Part shown: in pieces, positions 24,677-37,692 of the stretch | Position numbering within the stretch: the stretch's first letter is position 1 | How the letters are laid out: each line of letters starts with the position of its first letter | Source of the DNA: Psilocybe cubensis | Taxonomy: Eukaryota | Assembly (NCBI GenBank): GCA_017499595.2 | Contig: CM039010.1 | Span: 2,108,001 to 2,172,000, forward strand | Direction: 5' to 3' | Length of the DNA: 64,000 bases | The notes under the pieces: generated by a model | The model's input: only the letters and a program-made list of their open reading frames with translations | The model's database searches: none | Told to the model about the DNA's origin: nothing | Program-made: the position numbers and the translations under genes

Positions 24677-27600
24677 ATAGCGAACTCCCTGTGACCTGGG
24701 GACCCGGTCACCCGCTTTGGGTCACCGGGAATGATTAGCTAAGCTTAGTCAGCCGCGGCTTTTGTTGACTTTCCCTTTCGTTTTCTTACTCGTCCCTTCA
24801 CCTCCATTCCGCTCGCTGGGACCCGCCCCTCGATCGCTCGCCGCTCGTCACTCCCAGGTCACCAATGTTTGGCGCGACTTCGACCGCTCAGGTCACAAGA
24901 ATTTCGACCCCCGACGCCGTCCTTTGCCTCAATAGGTAGCTTGAACGGCCGCCCTCGACTCGATCCGGATGGGATGGAGTCTCCTCGCTACTGCGCGTTG
25001 CGTCGCGTTGCTAGCAGGGCATCGTGTGGGTGAGAAGTAGCTATGTGCAAAAACGGTGAGTTGAGTGCAACAATTGCGTATTCTTCAACACTACTGAGAT
25101 CATTTACACCATGGGGGATTCAACGTGGGGGGCAAATTTCCACACGATGCGCGTCGCGTCGCGTCGCATTGCACTTCTCTCTTGTGAGCAATTCATTTTC
25201 TTTTTCTATCTCTGCTACTACTCCTTTGAACGTTGACCCGCTGATTACCCAACCCCCTCGATAGGTAATCCCAATGTGCACCATGCGCAACATGGCGCCC
25301 TCCACGTTCCAAAAAGAGCTTACGCAGATTCCAATGTGATTCATGTCGCGTTGCGTTGTACTTCTCTCCCGCGCTGTGACAGTGGAGTGTTTGTCGGTAC
25401 AGACTCGACGTCGAAGTCACTTTGCGTCGCACTTTTCTCCCTTGGAAGGTGAGCGGAACTCATTCGGTCCTTCTGTTCGTCTTGACATATATTTTCCTAT
25501 TTGACGCTATTGTTCAGCACGGACAATGCTCTGCGTCCCACAGTGGCGTCTGATTGAGTTGGATTTAGGCTCGCGCTGGGAGTATACAAGTTTGTGAGTG
25601 CTCTTTTCTCTTTTCATTTCTGCCTGGCGGCGCACCAGGAATCCTTTAGCATGCAGGTTCTCTTCCATGCTTTCTTATTTGCTGACCAACCCCTCTCTGT
25701 TTTGTTTTCTGCCAAATGGATCCACGCAAGGCTCAATTGATCAATGCGGATGCGGAGTTGATGGATTTGACACACAAGGCGCGTATACCAATTTCTCTTA
25801 TCGCTTCAACTTAACTGGATCCCCTCTTCTTCTCCCCCCTGCGGCGTGTTCCCCTCATTATCTTTACCCCGCCTGTTGTCACCCCCGCTCTGCCCGCCAG
25901 CAAACACCTGCAATGTCACATACAGTGCTGCAGTTAAGCATTAAAACCTAGGAAACTGGTGAAGGAGATTTCTGCGGTAGACCGCGCTCTCTAGTCCCTT
26001 TATTCCTCCTCTTTATTTTTGAATCTCTGAGCCACATGACACATGGGCAATCCAGGAATTTTCAGGCATGGAAATACACTGGAATTGCCCATAGTTTCTC
26101 ACCTGCTTCCTTTCCCACATCATTATACCCCGCCTACCTTGGTCTGCCGCACATATTTTTCCGCTTAAATTGAGTTATACCCATGGCTTGGACAACTTTA
26201 TGCCGCCGACTTTATGCGTGGCTACCATTTTTTACTGCTGTGCAAATCTACCCCGTGAGAGCGTGCACATTCCATTGTCATTATCTGTTTCTGTGTGATT
26301 TGCCCATCGAGTCTTGAGTTGCATATCAGACAGCATAGAATAATGTGGTAGTAACTATACATAACACTTCGACTAAGTAGAGTAGCAGTAAATACAACTA
26401 AGTCAAGTCAATGATTGAGTATTCAGTTTGAGGCACTGAGAATAGATTGGTTTTCAAGATAGAGCCAGATGTCTTTTCATGATCAGAATCTTCTGTCAAG
26501 TCGATGACATTGGGATCAATCAACAGGGATTGAGTTGTTGAAGATATACCCTTCTGAATAGTCCGTTATTGATTAACATCAATTTGATATGTTCAAGGCC
26601 TACCATCATATGGTCCAAGGCTTTGAGAATTTGAAATACAGCAGTATTGGGTTGCAAGAGAGGTGCTTAAAATCAAAATTAAAGGATTAAAAGAAGAGTT
26701 TAAACGAGAGCAAGCTGCATAGCTGTCGTAGCATTAAGTATTCATTATTACTTTGTTATTTGAAACTTTACAATTATGATTGTCTGCGGCTACTCTGTCT
26801 GTGCATAAATATATGCAAACCATAAAAAATATACTAGAACCAGTCAAGTACATAAGTAAGAGCATTAAAAATACCAATCAATAGTTATAAGTTATCATGT
26901 TTGGCCTTTTTTAGAGGACGACGAGGAGCTACAGCTTTTTTCCGCTTGGTTGGTTGAGCTTCCACCTCCTTTTGCAAAGATGCAGCCTCCCGCTTTAATT
27001 TGATATGTTTTGTAAGGGCTGAAAGTCCCTTTAATTGTTTGTCTTGCTGCCCTAGAATGTCAAGTTCATCAATGATTGCAAGTGGAGAGACCTTGCGATT
27101 ATGAGCTTCTGAGTCAATATACTCAGGTATTTCTCGGAATCGCTGCCAGAATTTGCGGTCCTATGCTTTCCGTAAGTACTTGAATCATATTAATATCAAA
27201 TTTCCCTACTTTGGATGAAATTCCGCTTCGCCAACTTTTGAGATGCTTGCCCTCGGAATTGAGTGATCCAAAATGTCGTTCCACCTCACGTAGAGGTGGC
27301 TTGATAGCTGTCTGATTACCATCTGCATCATTTACCCCCTCACCAACACTCCAGCATGCCCATTGATCATGAAGGTTATATTTATCGAGTGTTTTTGATG
27401 GCTTCCAGCAGTCCCATAAATGCTCGGGTTGCTTGATAAGAGCAAATACTTGGTTCCATGTCACAGATGTCTGTCCAAAGACTGGAGGCCAAAAGAATTG
27501 AGGCTGACCTGTATTTATAAATCTGTATTTAGCAAATGTATATATCATAAAAGCAATGACTTACCCTGTTCTGTGAAAGCAGACGCACTTGGTAGCACTA

Positions 27601-30600
27601 AATCAACCTGTGAATGCTTCCGGCGGATGGTACATGTTGGGGTTTTTGGAGATCCATTTGCAAATGCTCGGAACTCTCCATTTTCAGCCATATACACACC
27701 AGTGTCATCGTTTTCACTATTATAAAATGGTAGATTTGCCGCAGTTGTAGCACTTTCAAGTGTTTCATGAGCGACTGTTGTGAGCTGCAGCGCAGGAAGT
27801 GGCTTATGCACTGCAGCTGAAAAAAAAAGCCAATAAGGATTAAAGATGATGTGAAGCAGCTTTGTGACGCACATGTTGATGCTGTAGCCATTCTAGATGA
27901 GTAGTGAGTCGCTGAATACCCCTTTGCTGGTGATAACACTTGAGTACGCTGCTCAACTATCTTCTGAATTCGAGCAACTTCAGCTAATTGAACACTTTGT
28001 GATGCAAGTAAAGATCGAGTTTCTTCAAGGGCAAGTTGAAGAAGCTGATTCTGGATCCGCTGGAGATCAACCCTACTTCCTGCATTCGCTTTCAACACAG
28101 AAAAATCACTTGGAAACTGGTGCTTCATCCAATTCTGGACGTCTTGTTGAGCAAACGCTGGAAGCCGGAATAGTGCTGAGTCCGGTACTTCTTGAAAGAT
28201 GGCAGCACCACACTAAAGCAGAATATTTAATACAATGCTGCATAGTTAATGAAACTCTTACCTGGAATAGATAGGGACGTAGCTCCATAACCATTGACCA
28301 GTAGTTAGCTGCTCCAGACAAATTTTGCCGTCCAACAACATCCGAATATATTGTCTCAGCCATTGGGCATACAAGATGGAGAAAAATCTCAGGGACATGG
28401 ACATGACGCCAAATAGGGTCATACACCTCATGAGCTTTATATCCATGTGCACCGAGTACAGCCTATTATGTACACATCCGGTTAGTAAGTCTTTGAATAA
28501 TAAAGAGAAAAGTTCACCTCTTTTGGAAGTGCTGGTGCATAGGTGTCATAATATGTCTCTCCTCGTACCCATCCCATTCGGGACGTTACAGAGGGATCAA
28601 CACTAACTCAAGATAAGTTATTAAGCATTGAACTAAATATATTTGAGCTTACCCCATACGCTCTTGATTATATCCAAGAATATGGCGTGGTAGATGTGCT
28701 TTTAAATGTGATGTGAATTCAGCAAAAGAAAATGCCTTGACGTAGAGATTGTACAGGCTTTGCTCATGGTATGGCGTTGCATATGACTTCTTGCCATGTA
28801 GAACACGTACTTGTCGCCAGGTTTTATTGATTGACCAGTTAATATCCAATGCTGATGTGATATCAATAACATCATGAAGGAAATGATGATAAAAAGCGAA
28901 TGCTCCCAGTGGGCATTTAACTGGATCAAGGTGGGCAATGAATACACTATACACCGGATTAACTTTCTGAATAGTGTAGATAATATATCAGATAGGGACA
29001 AGTGAATTGAGAGCTTAAATTTACCGTTCTCATCCCTCTGCTAGCACCCGCCTTCTCTTCTCCTTGACATCCCAGAACACACGGAATGGCAGTCTCTTTA
29101 TTTGGATGAAGAAAGACATATGGCTGCAGCTCAGCCAGTCGAAGCGCTCGGAAATCATCTCCACGGTTTCCTGACGCATTTTGTGCAGTCCAGCTCAAAT
29201 GACCATTGATAACCGAACGTACTAGAGAACATTGTCAAATTATTACCAAAAGATTCAAAAAGTTACTCACACTCTCGATGCATAAGAAAGCCTTTTCCAA
29301 CACTGTTCATCTGCGCTTCTGTGATTCCGGAGAGAAATGTATTGGCAACAATGTCCGGTGCATCCTCTTCGGGTATGAGGCCTCTGATAATATGGAATTA
29401 GTAACTTATAATCAGTGTAGCAGATTAAAAAGAAACAGACTCTCGAGCCCGTCGAAGAGCTTCATTCATACGACCTTTAAGTGCATCCCAAACATGGACA
29501 TTGGTTGCTGGGCGCTGCTGGGAAAGACTGGGGTCTTTGGCTTCTTGCTCTTTACGGATACGAAGTGCACCAAAATATAGTTTCTTAATGTGTGACTGAG
29601 AATCAATGTAAGTTTTATGCATGGCCTAATACACTGATATCCGGACTTACCGCGCCAATAAATGTACCAGGTATGTCAATACCTTTGCGTGTTCGCTTTG
29701 GTCTCTCGGCACAGTACCGAATATACAATAGTAAATGGTGGGCGTCAACAATTTCGTCTTTGATTTGACCTGTCTTCAAGGCATGGCCACAAAAGATCTG
29801 AAACGTATTCAAGTTAGATTGGAATATGTATACATAGACTTAGCCAATGACCTTCCAGTCTTTAATAACCGCATTTTGAGTCTTAACTCCACCCGCTCGT
29901 CGATTATTCTCTGCACGTCTCGTCTCCTCAAGCCGGATCCGAGTTTGAAATTTGGTGTAACTTTCGCCTGGAAAAGGTCCACCTTGCATTTGAGTCTCCA
30001 AGTCAAATTCACTGTCGTCTTCAAGGGCTGTGTGGGCTAGGAGCTCGTCGTTGATCTCAAGAACCTCTTGAAATTCGTCCTCAGGATCACTATCACTATC
30101 ATCGTCGTACCCAAGAACCTCCTCAGCAGCAGCACCTTCAATACCAAATTCTTGAATGAGGATTTCGTCATTATTTCCTCTCAATACGGACATTGATGTG
30201 CCAACATATTGCGAGCTAGAAGATGGTAGCTCAGCAACTTGAGCATCAGGAATTGATTCCTCCGTGACAACTGGAGGAAACCTGTTAATGCAACCCAATA
30301 AAATACTAAGTATAATAGAATATAATTAAAATATGTGCCACATACCAGTAGTCCGTCAACATTGTTCGAAGATGCTCCAAATTTGCACTCTTAGGTGGTG
30401 CTAAATTAGCATCAATACATGCTTCGCGAAGTGGCTCTTTCCGTCGTATAGAAGCTAGCCTAGACATGTACTGAGCGCGGGATATATTGATAACACCATT
30501 GTTGTTGGTCGTGGGGATTGTAATTTCAGCATGTTGAGCTTGCTTAGAAGACTCAGTGCGAGATATGTGCAGTGCCGAGTTGTCATTGGCAACTAACAAC

Positions 30601-31054
30601 CTTGAATTCAAAGCCTGAGTATCGTTTATTGGAGACTGCATTGGTTTACTCAGAGATTTTTGAACGAGAGTGGGGGAAACTGTATATTCATAAGACATTT
30701 TATAGAGTACATTCTTTTATTATCTTGTACTAGTTGAGTTCAACGATGGGCCACTGGAGCGATGTAGAATGGACACTCACCAAAGGAAAATAACCGGTCA
30801 TTTCACGTTGAATGGCACTCATGATTGACTCATGAGTTTGGCCAGTGTTGTGCGCATATTGGCCAGTGCCACTGAAGGCCACAGAAATAAATCAATGGCG
30901 GCACATACCCACAGTGTCCGGTGCAGGTTGCGATGCTCACTGCATGCCTCAGTGAAAGTCACCCAGCTCTGTGACCCAGGGCCAAATTTGTGCGGCAGGT
31001 CACAAAATGTCTGTGACCTGCGCCCAAGGAATGCCACGGGGGTCTCCTTGTTCT
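24672..31054 (-). mobile_element. Crypton copy 3
   Basis: Right boundary ctcctt|GTTCT|ctcaac returns to unique sequence. Confidence 0.9.
26885..30698 (-). CDS. Crypton tyrosine recombinase copy 3, apparently intact
   Basis: NRGDD, EEKAG, KAHLPRH, MGW, YYDTY and PPLREVERHFG..WR all present; no stop seen in the predicted exons. Confidence 0.85.
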
Positions 31055-32059
31055 CTCAACATTTATGTGAACCTTTAGATGCGCAAAATTGGTGCCGGGA
31101 GAGTTATTTATTCACAATCATCTTCTGAACAGCATTCCCTTGATTTTCATCCAAAATAATATCCCAGACTATGTTCTGATCGCTCGTCCCAGTCATCAAT
31201 GGGCAGAATCATATCACGAAGGCCTCATGAAGGCTATGCTGGAAGCACTTGGGCAGTTCCATCATTGGCGAAGGTCACGCTGTACAGGTGCATCGTGATA
31301 ATTAAAATTTTCTTTAGCACTGTGGTGGTAAGCAAATGGTAAGTACCATCCGATAACTTGAAATTTGATTGTTTGAGCTGCTCCGCAGTGATTACTTCTC
31401 AAGAAGGTGACAAGGCTTAGCTATTTCAGAGAACGTCTATCTTAACGCCGACCTGATGTATACGAGTACATATAGCCATTGATGTTGATGACTGCGATAT
31501 TTGGTCCACATATCCGTCGTTTTCGGTCACTCGACCCCAAAACTCCCTCAAAAAACTTTCGAAGCTTGCATTATATCCTCATGGTCACCTCTCACCGTCA
31601 TATCTTCCCAATCATTATCTAATATTACATTCTAATGCCAACTCGACGAAAACCCTTGCGGCTCCCCTTAATGTCTGCCTTTTTGCCTGATTTTGACTTT
31701 CGAATGCGGACAGAGCTGCAGGGGACAATCTTGTGTGTGTTTGGTCAATTCAATACGGTGATATTGTAATACTAATTTGAACATATCAGAGGTATATCCA
31801 AACGAGTCTCCGTGTGACTATAGGTTCACAGCATTAGCTGTGAACGGATATCTAGGATGTGTTTGATATATTTAATTAAAGTCCGCGATGTGTGAGAGTG
31901 TGCTGCAAATCGACCGAATGGAAGTCGTTTGGCTATTAATGGAAGTCAGTTGACAATGATTTACGGTGTCCGTTCATACATTTAAATGAAAGGGGGATAA
32001 GTTCTTCCTTCCTTGTTCCAACAGCACAATTGACAGTCACTCAATCCATAATCCACACC

Positions 32060-34178
32060 ATGATGGAAAACAGTGACGGTATTACGGGCAGCGATGACCT
32101 GAAGAAGCTTCAGAATCTCGACACTCGTACTGAGAGCAACGAGGAAACCACAGAGGAGCAACGGGACGGTGGAACGGTTGGCTGGATCAGCATTTTTGGA
32201 TCGTACGTAGCATGTTTTGGTATGCCTTCTACATGGCGCACGTTGAAACTAACTTTTATTACATTTTAGTTGGCTCGTCTCTTTCTCTACCTTTGGGTAT
32301 TTCTTCAACAATTGGAACTTTGGGGTAATAGTAACTGACAACATCATTGAATTAGCTATTTTTCTTCGTTTGGAGTATATCAAGGTGAGTAGTTCAAAGC
32401 TTCCTGTAAAATGTTCTCATATATTAATACGGAGTTCAGATTTCTACACAAGATTCTATCTCTCCGACAACAGTGCAAGCAAAATCGCGTATGTATTAAG
32501 TTCTGATTATCCTCACCCTGCATTAACTTTAGAAATAGCTGGATAGGAAGTTTCCAGCTCATGATGCCCTTTCTGTTTGGTCTTGTGTCTGGGAAACTCT
32601 TTGATGCTGGCTACTTCCATGCCTTGGTGATCACCGGATCAGCTCTGTTCACTATCAGGTGCGTTGAAATTTATTGATCATTAACGGATATAGGTTTAAT
32701 ATACCCAGTCTATTCATGCTGTCTTTGGTCAAGCCACAGCACTATGCTCAGGTCTTCCTTAGCCAAGGCGTCGGTATGGGAGTTGGACTGGGATTGACCT
32801 TTGTCCCGACTGTCAGCTCGATAGTCCACCATTTCCAAAAGCGAAAAGTACTAGCTACCGGAATTGTTATGAGCGGAAGCTCGCTTGGAGGAATTGTTTT
32901 CCCAATAAGTGAGTATTGGACATCTGTTCAGGTACATCAGTCGACCATACAATCTCATGCACCTCTTTGCAGTGCTAAAGTAAGCAAACTCAAGTCAATA
33001 CTCCATCATTTAACTAGGGTATCGAATTGAAAGCTGGTCATAGTCATCTCATCCCATCAATTGGATTCCCAAAAGCTGTTCGCGCCAGTGGATACCTTGT
33101 GCTGGGGATGCTTGTACTAGCTAACTGCCTGATGAAGTCGGCATACCCCAAGTCAACGGGCAACCGTCCTCAAGTAAACATACTAAGCTTCTTTACCGAC
33201 CCTCCGTACATTTTTGCCACCCTAGGGTAAGCGCATATTGGTCCCAATTTTTTAACAAGTATCCTGATGTAGCCGCCGTTAGAGCAGTGACCGCTGTTTT
33301 TGGCTTCTATTTTCCGCGTGAGTCGATGATTTTTTATATGGAGAACGATTTGTGTGCTGAATACCCAAAAATAGAGATATATCTGCAACTTTATGCTGTA
33401 ACACATGGTATTGATACATCATTAGCATTCTACTCGGTATGTGTGCTTGCACTTGTTGCTGGTCATATGGGATTGATCCAGAATTGATGAATATTGCTTA
33501 GCTTGCAATTCTCAATGGATCAAACGCCATTGGTCGTATTCTGGGAAATAATTTGGCACAGAATCACGGCCCTTTCACAGTACTGATTCCATGCACTCTC
33601 CTTACTGCGGCCAGTATATTCTCCGTGCTTGGAGTGTGAGTTTCTAATCTTGGTTGGCACATCTTGGACGCTGATATACTGTATGAAATCTATTAATTAG
33701 TCATAATTCTGGCTCGCTTGTGGTTGTTAGTATGTTCTACGGCTTCTTTGCTGGTGCCTGTAAGCCTTCATGCCTGAAAAGTGGCATAATAAAACTAAAT
33801 GATACATATTTACAGGGTTATCTATTTCCGTCGCATGCCTTGGCACCTTGGCCCGTCACCCAAATGAAGTGGGGTGAGTACATTACTTTTTGAAGATTGG
33901 CGCGCCTATATCATTGGATATCATTAGCGCTCGGACCGGACTTGCCTTAGCAATCAGCTCCTTCGCTACATTGGGATCAGCGCCAATACAAGGTTCACTA
34001 CTTGGACCGGAGTTTAACTGGAACAAACCCGTAATCTTCTCTGGGGTATGTTTATCTATATATTGCAGTAATTCTCTTGATTATTCGTGCTTTACAGGTA
34101 TTTATGGGGATAACATCAATTTTCTTTGGAATAGCCAGGTATTTTTATGCGAAAGAACGTAACACCCAGAAAGTATAA
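32060..34178 (+). CDS. MFS monocarboxylate-permease-like transporter (Mch family)
   Basis: DGGTVGWISIFGS, YFSSFGVYQ, WIGSFQLMMPFLFGLVSGKLFDAGYF, FLSQGVGMGVGLGLTFVP, HHFQKRKVLATGIVMSGSSLGGIVFP, ILNGSNAIGRI, GLALAISSFATLGSAPIQG. Many short introns; stop TAA at 34176-34178. Confidence 0.9.
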
Positions 34179-34279
34179 AATTCGCACGGTGTATTGTACT
34201 ATTATAAAATTATTGGGAGATACGGCCTCAGTTGGCTTAAAGTTATAAAACAGAGGCGTGCGTAGTGTTGAGTATACTG

Positions 34280-34420
34280 ATCAGCTGTCAAAAGTAACCC
34301 AAGTTACCCTCGATATAATCTGCGACACTGCCTTTGGAAACCAAGCAGACTCGTTACTCAACCCACATAATGAGATATCAGAGGCATACAATACCTCCTC
34401 GACGCAGCAGCCTGGAGGCT
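34280..34420 (+). pseudogene. Cytochrome P450 fragment
   Basis: LSKVTQVTLDIICDTAFGNQADSLLNPHNEISEAY resembles the TLDII..AFG segment of fungal P450s. No other P450 motifs were seen nearby. Confidence 0.55.
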
Positions 34421-35098
34421 GCCCGATACAGTGTATATTTGAACTCATACCAAATCTATTAGTATTTCTCTGACCCATGTTATAGCTGAAATACGTTCTG
34501 ATGCTTGCTAATGGCAAGATTTCATTCTTTGAGCATGAAAGCTAAAGGCTGCTCCAATACCAGTCCCGCTCAAACCTCCGCCTTAACACCGATTGGAATT
34601 CTGATCATGTAAATTACTACTACTGGTACACATATTGTGCTATGTTAATGATAAGGGTAATGACAATGGCAATGCTCACGCACGGGTTGGAGTTAAAATC
34701 TTGAGGCGTTGTACATGTACTGCGTATGACAACTTACTCATTCGCTCAGTGCCTCAAGATAACTAGACTTGGACATGGAAATTCAAGTTCTCCCGCTTGT
34801 CACTCGCTTCACTGGGTCGTGGGCACCAAAACTCAAAAATCGTCTTCGTTTTCTTCAAAGGCGACACCGCTTCGAATTCTAGTCCCCCCGTCTCGACACA
34901 TTACTTTGCAAGCTCCGCGCTGTGAGAAATCGCAAATCATGAATCGATACAGGGAAAGGTAAGTATATAACTTTGGCTTCCCTCTCGGTACTAGGACAGG
35001 GACTTGAACTGTACACTCTCCAGCTTTAAAATTGGCCTTTTCCGCACTTTTGTCGACATATTTGCTACTCTGACATGATTCTAGACTTCAATTCGAAA

Positions 35099-35880
35099 AT
35101 GAGCTACAGTACCACTACACTTCTACTCGTTCTAGCATATGTCAGCTTCTCCACCTCTGCCGCCGCCATATCAACAGCAACATTGGTGGAAACACCGCCT
35201 ATTAACAACACACTCTACATCATCTCCAATGCAGAACGTCCCTCGCTGCGTCTACCAGGGCTCACACCTGTAGGGTTCAAGCGGTCGCGGAATTGTTTGC
35301 CTAATGTATGTCTGCTTAACACAAATCTATTCGTCTACTCTATCACTTCAACCACCCCTGGACTCACGGCTGACCGCTCACTTTTTCATTTAATTTAAAT
35401 GTCTGGGTGTGCGAGTAGGTTCTGGCGCCGTTGGATATAGGGCTCATTGTTAGCTGCCCGTACGACGCGCGGACGGGGTTGTGCGCGGAGACCGTTGAGA
35501 CGATTGGGCCGACTGCAAAGAAGCTTGGGGTGGAGGTTAATGCTACGTGGTATGTGTTGTGTGTGCATGCTCCATCCCTTACCTAGAGACCTCGTGCCAT
35601 TGTTATAAGAACTGATTGTGATTCGCAGCGTTGCTGGCCAGGACGCGGATGATGATTGTCTGTATAATCTCATCAGTGGGTTTGGCAAAAAGAGCACAAA
35701 AGCTGTTTTAATTGTTTGGGTGGGTAGTTCAACTCTTCCCTGGTCCAGTCTACCATTCTTGGAGACCTGGAATAATGGTTTTTTTCTTAGGATATTCTCG
35801 ACTTTGACGGGTTATTCGAGAGCCTGGATATAGACGATAGTACACCGGAAGCTGATGACTCGGATGATGATACACCCCAG
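35099..35880 (+). pseudogene. Small secreted-protein gene, probably decayed
   Basis: Signal-peptide-like MSYSTTTLLLVLAYVSFSTSAAA then PPINNTLYIISNAERPS. Downstream splicing is unclear and stops occur. A paralogous fragment lies at ~55535-55685. Confidence 0.45.
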
Positions 35881-36331
35881 TAAGTCTTCCATGTGGCACT
35901 GTACAGCTGTATATGCTGATAACATTGAATTCTCGGTGAAGCTTTGATCTGCTTTCGAAGGTGGTTCAGAATGAGGTTACTAGTGTCGTTTCTCAGGGGT
36001 GCGCAGGGTTAGATGGACAGGCGCCGGGGTCGTTCAGGCGGTCGCTCAGAGCGGCTAGAGGGTACTCCAAGAAGATCCAAAAGAAAGAAAGAATTCTCTC
36101 GCGCGTTGTTGGGAAATCGGGGCAGGTGTAAAGACAAGGCTGTGTCTACTTTTTACCATTCATTTCTTCATTTCAGAGTTCTTCGTCCAGGAATCCGAAT
36201 ATAAAGCACAAGTTCTGTATCACCGAGTATCGTTAAAATGACAGATGTTACGAGATCCAACATACTCAGAAATTTCTGGATATTAAACCACGATACTGTG
36301 GAGAAGTAGATCAAAGCAGTCAATCTAAGTC

Positions 36332-37692
36332 TCAATCCTCCAGCCTCTACCTCTGTCTCATCTCCTCAACAAGCACTCTCGCCTCTCTAATCCTACCCGA
36401 GTTCATATAAAGCCGCGATATCGCGCCGAGCATAACCCCATAGGTCTGCGTCCCATCAAACCCTCACTCACCAGCTCCTTCCGGAACACCTTCAACTCTC
36501 TAACAACGCCCTCATCCACCTTCTTCCCCCAGCCACTGGTTTTCTTGCCCACCCAAGCCTCGCTCATCCGGCGATACGCCTCGACGTGCGTGGCAAACTC
36601 TCTGCGCAGTGTATCGGACGTGGGTGAAGCGTGTATACACGCGCGACACGTGCATGTGAATGCGTAAGGCACGAGTGCGGCGCGTCGTACGGAGACGGGG
36701 AAGTAAACAGGGCAGTAGCAGTGCAAGAGCTGTTTTCCCGCTTTGATTCCCCGCGCGGCGCGTATATGGAACACGAAGGAGGCGAGGTCGATGCGGGAGC
36801 GGTTGTTGGGCATTTAGCTTTGTTTCCGATATCCAATTTAAATAGTTCGGTTTGGTATATGCGTGCCTGTGGTTTATCCGTGCTACGATCTTGTATACGG
36901 CTGTGTACGCTTTGTCCGTCCCCTTCCTTTCGTTGCCTAGTTCCCGGTAACCAGCCCGCATGAGGCCCATTGTGATGGCCAGCACATCCTCAATATCGCG
37001 CGCGAGCGCGGTGCTATCACTGTTGATATCCAAAGCGCTGGCTGGTTTTCCTATCGCGTGAAGCCGGCTGTTGATGACTGGGATCACGATCAGCGGCCGC
37101 TCGGCGAACATTAGCGCGCCTGCATTAATGTTGTGCGTCGCAAACACGCCTAGCCCCATCTCTCTCTTATGCGCCTCTGTATCGCCCGTCTCATATGCCA
37201 CACTCAAGGCTTGCACTCTCGGAAGCGCTTGGATACTCCGGCGCGTTCAATACGCGCGTCTGCGCGTCCCCCCAGCGCAGTCCACTCACTATACCCACCC
37301 GCAGGCCTGTCTTGTACGTGTCACATTTGGAGTGTTTTTAAGTTGATGGGGGTACCGGGAGTGGTATTGGTAGTTGATGTGGGTGATCGCTTTACGATAG
37401 GGTCTGTGATAAAGTAAATGGATGAAGAGGATAGATGGGGTGGGTATAAGCGCTGCTCGGAATTGTGAAGTGAGGAGCTGGATGTGGATGTACCGATATC
37501 ACCGTTCTGGTCCTTCAACTTCGCCTCTAAATCCACCTTTACCTTCGTATGCGCATGCTCATCGACGTCTCCATCAATCCAAACATCCTCTATCCCGAGC
37601 GCGTGCTCATTCAACCCATTTTTAGCATTCGCTTTCCCATTCTTGGCTTTTGCGTTCGTGTCACCTTCCCCCTTCTCAGACGTATTCCCCAT
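36332..37692 (-). pseudogene. SET-domain lysine methyltransferase pseudogene (paralogue of 55746-56966)
   Basis: GLGVFATHNINAGALMFAERPLIV, ARINH, IRAARGIKAGKQLLHCY, YAFTCTCRAC. Frameshift near EGL(D)G, deletion of the LANCH..RTNG block and an altered acceptor before CMPN relative to the intact paralogue. 5' end approximate. Confidence 0.75.

Larger units (their letters stand above)
11917..31054 (-). mobile_element. Tandem head-to-tail array of three Crypton-type tyrosine-recombinase DNA transposons
   Basis: ORF track and DNA repeat with periods 6377, 6378, 6378. GTTCT core at 11917-11921, 18294-18298, 24672-24676 and 31050-31054. No long TIRs, no RT; each unit has an intron-containing YR gene. 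Confidence 0.9.

Noticed and set aside
11917-31054. Array as a pure assembly artefact
   Set aside because: The copies carry private, transition-biased substitutions and the borders share a precise core. An artefact is disfavoured but not excluded without reads.
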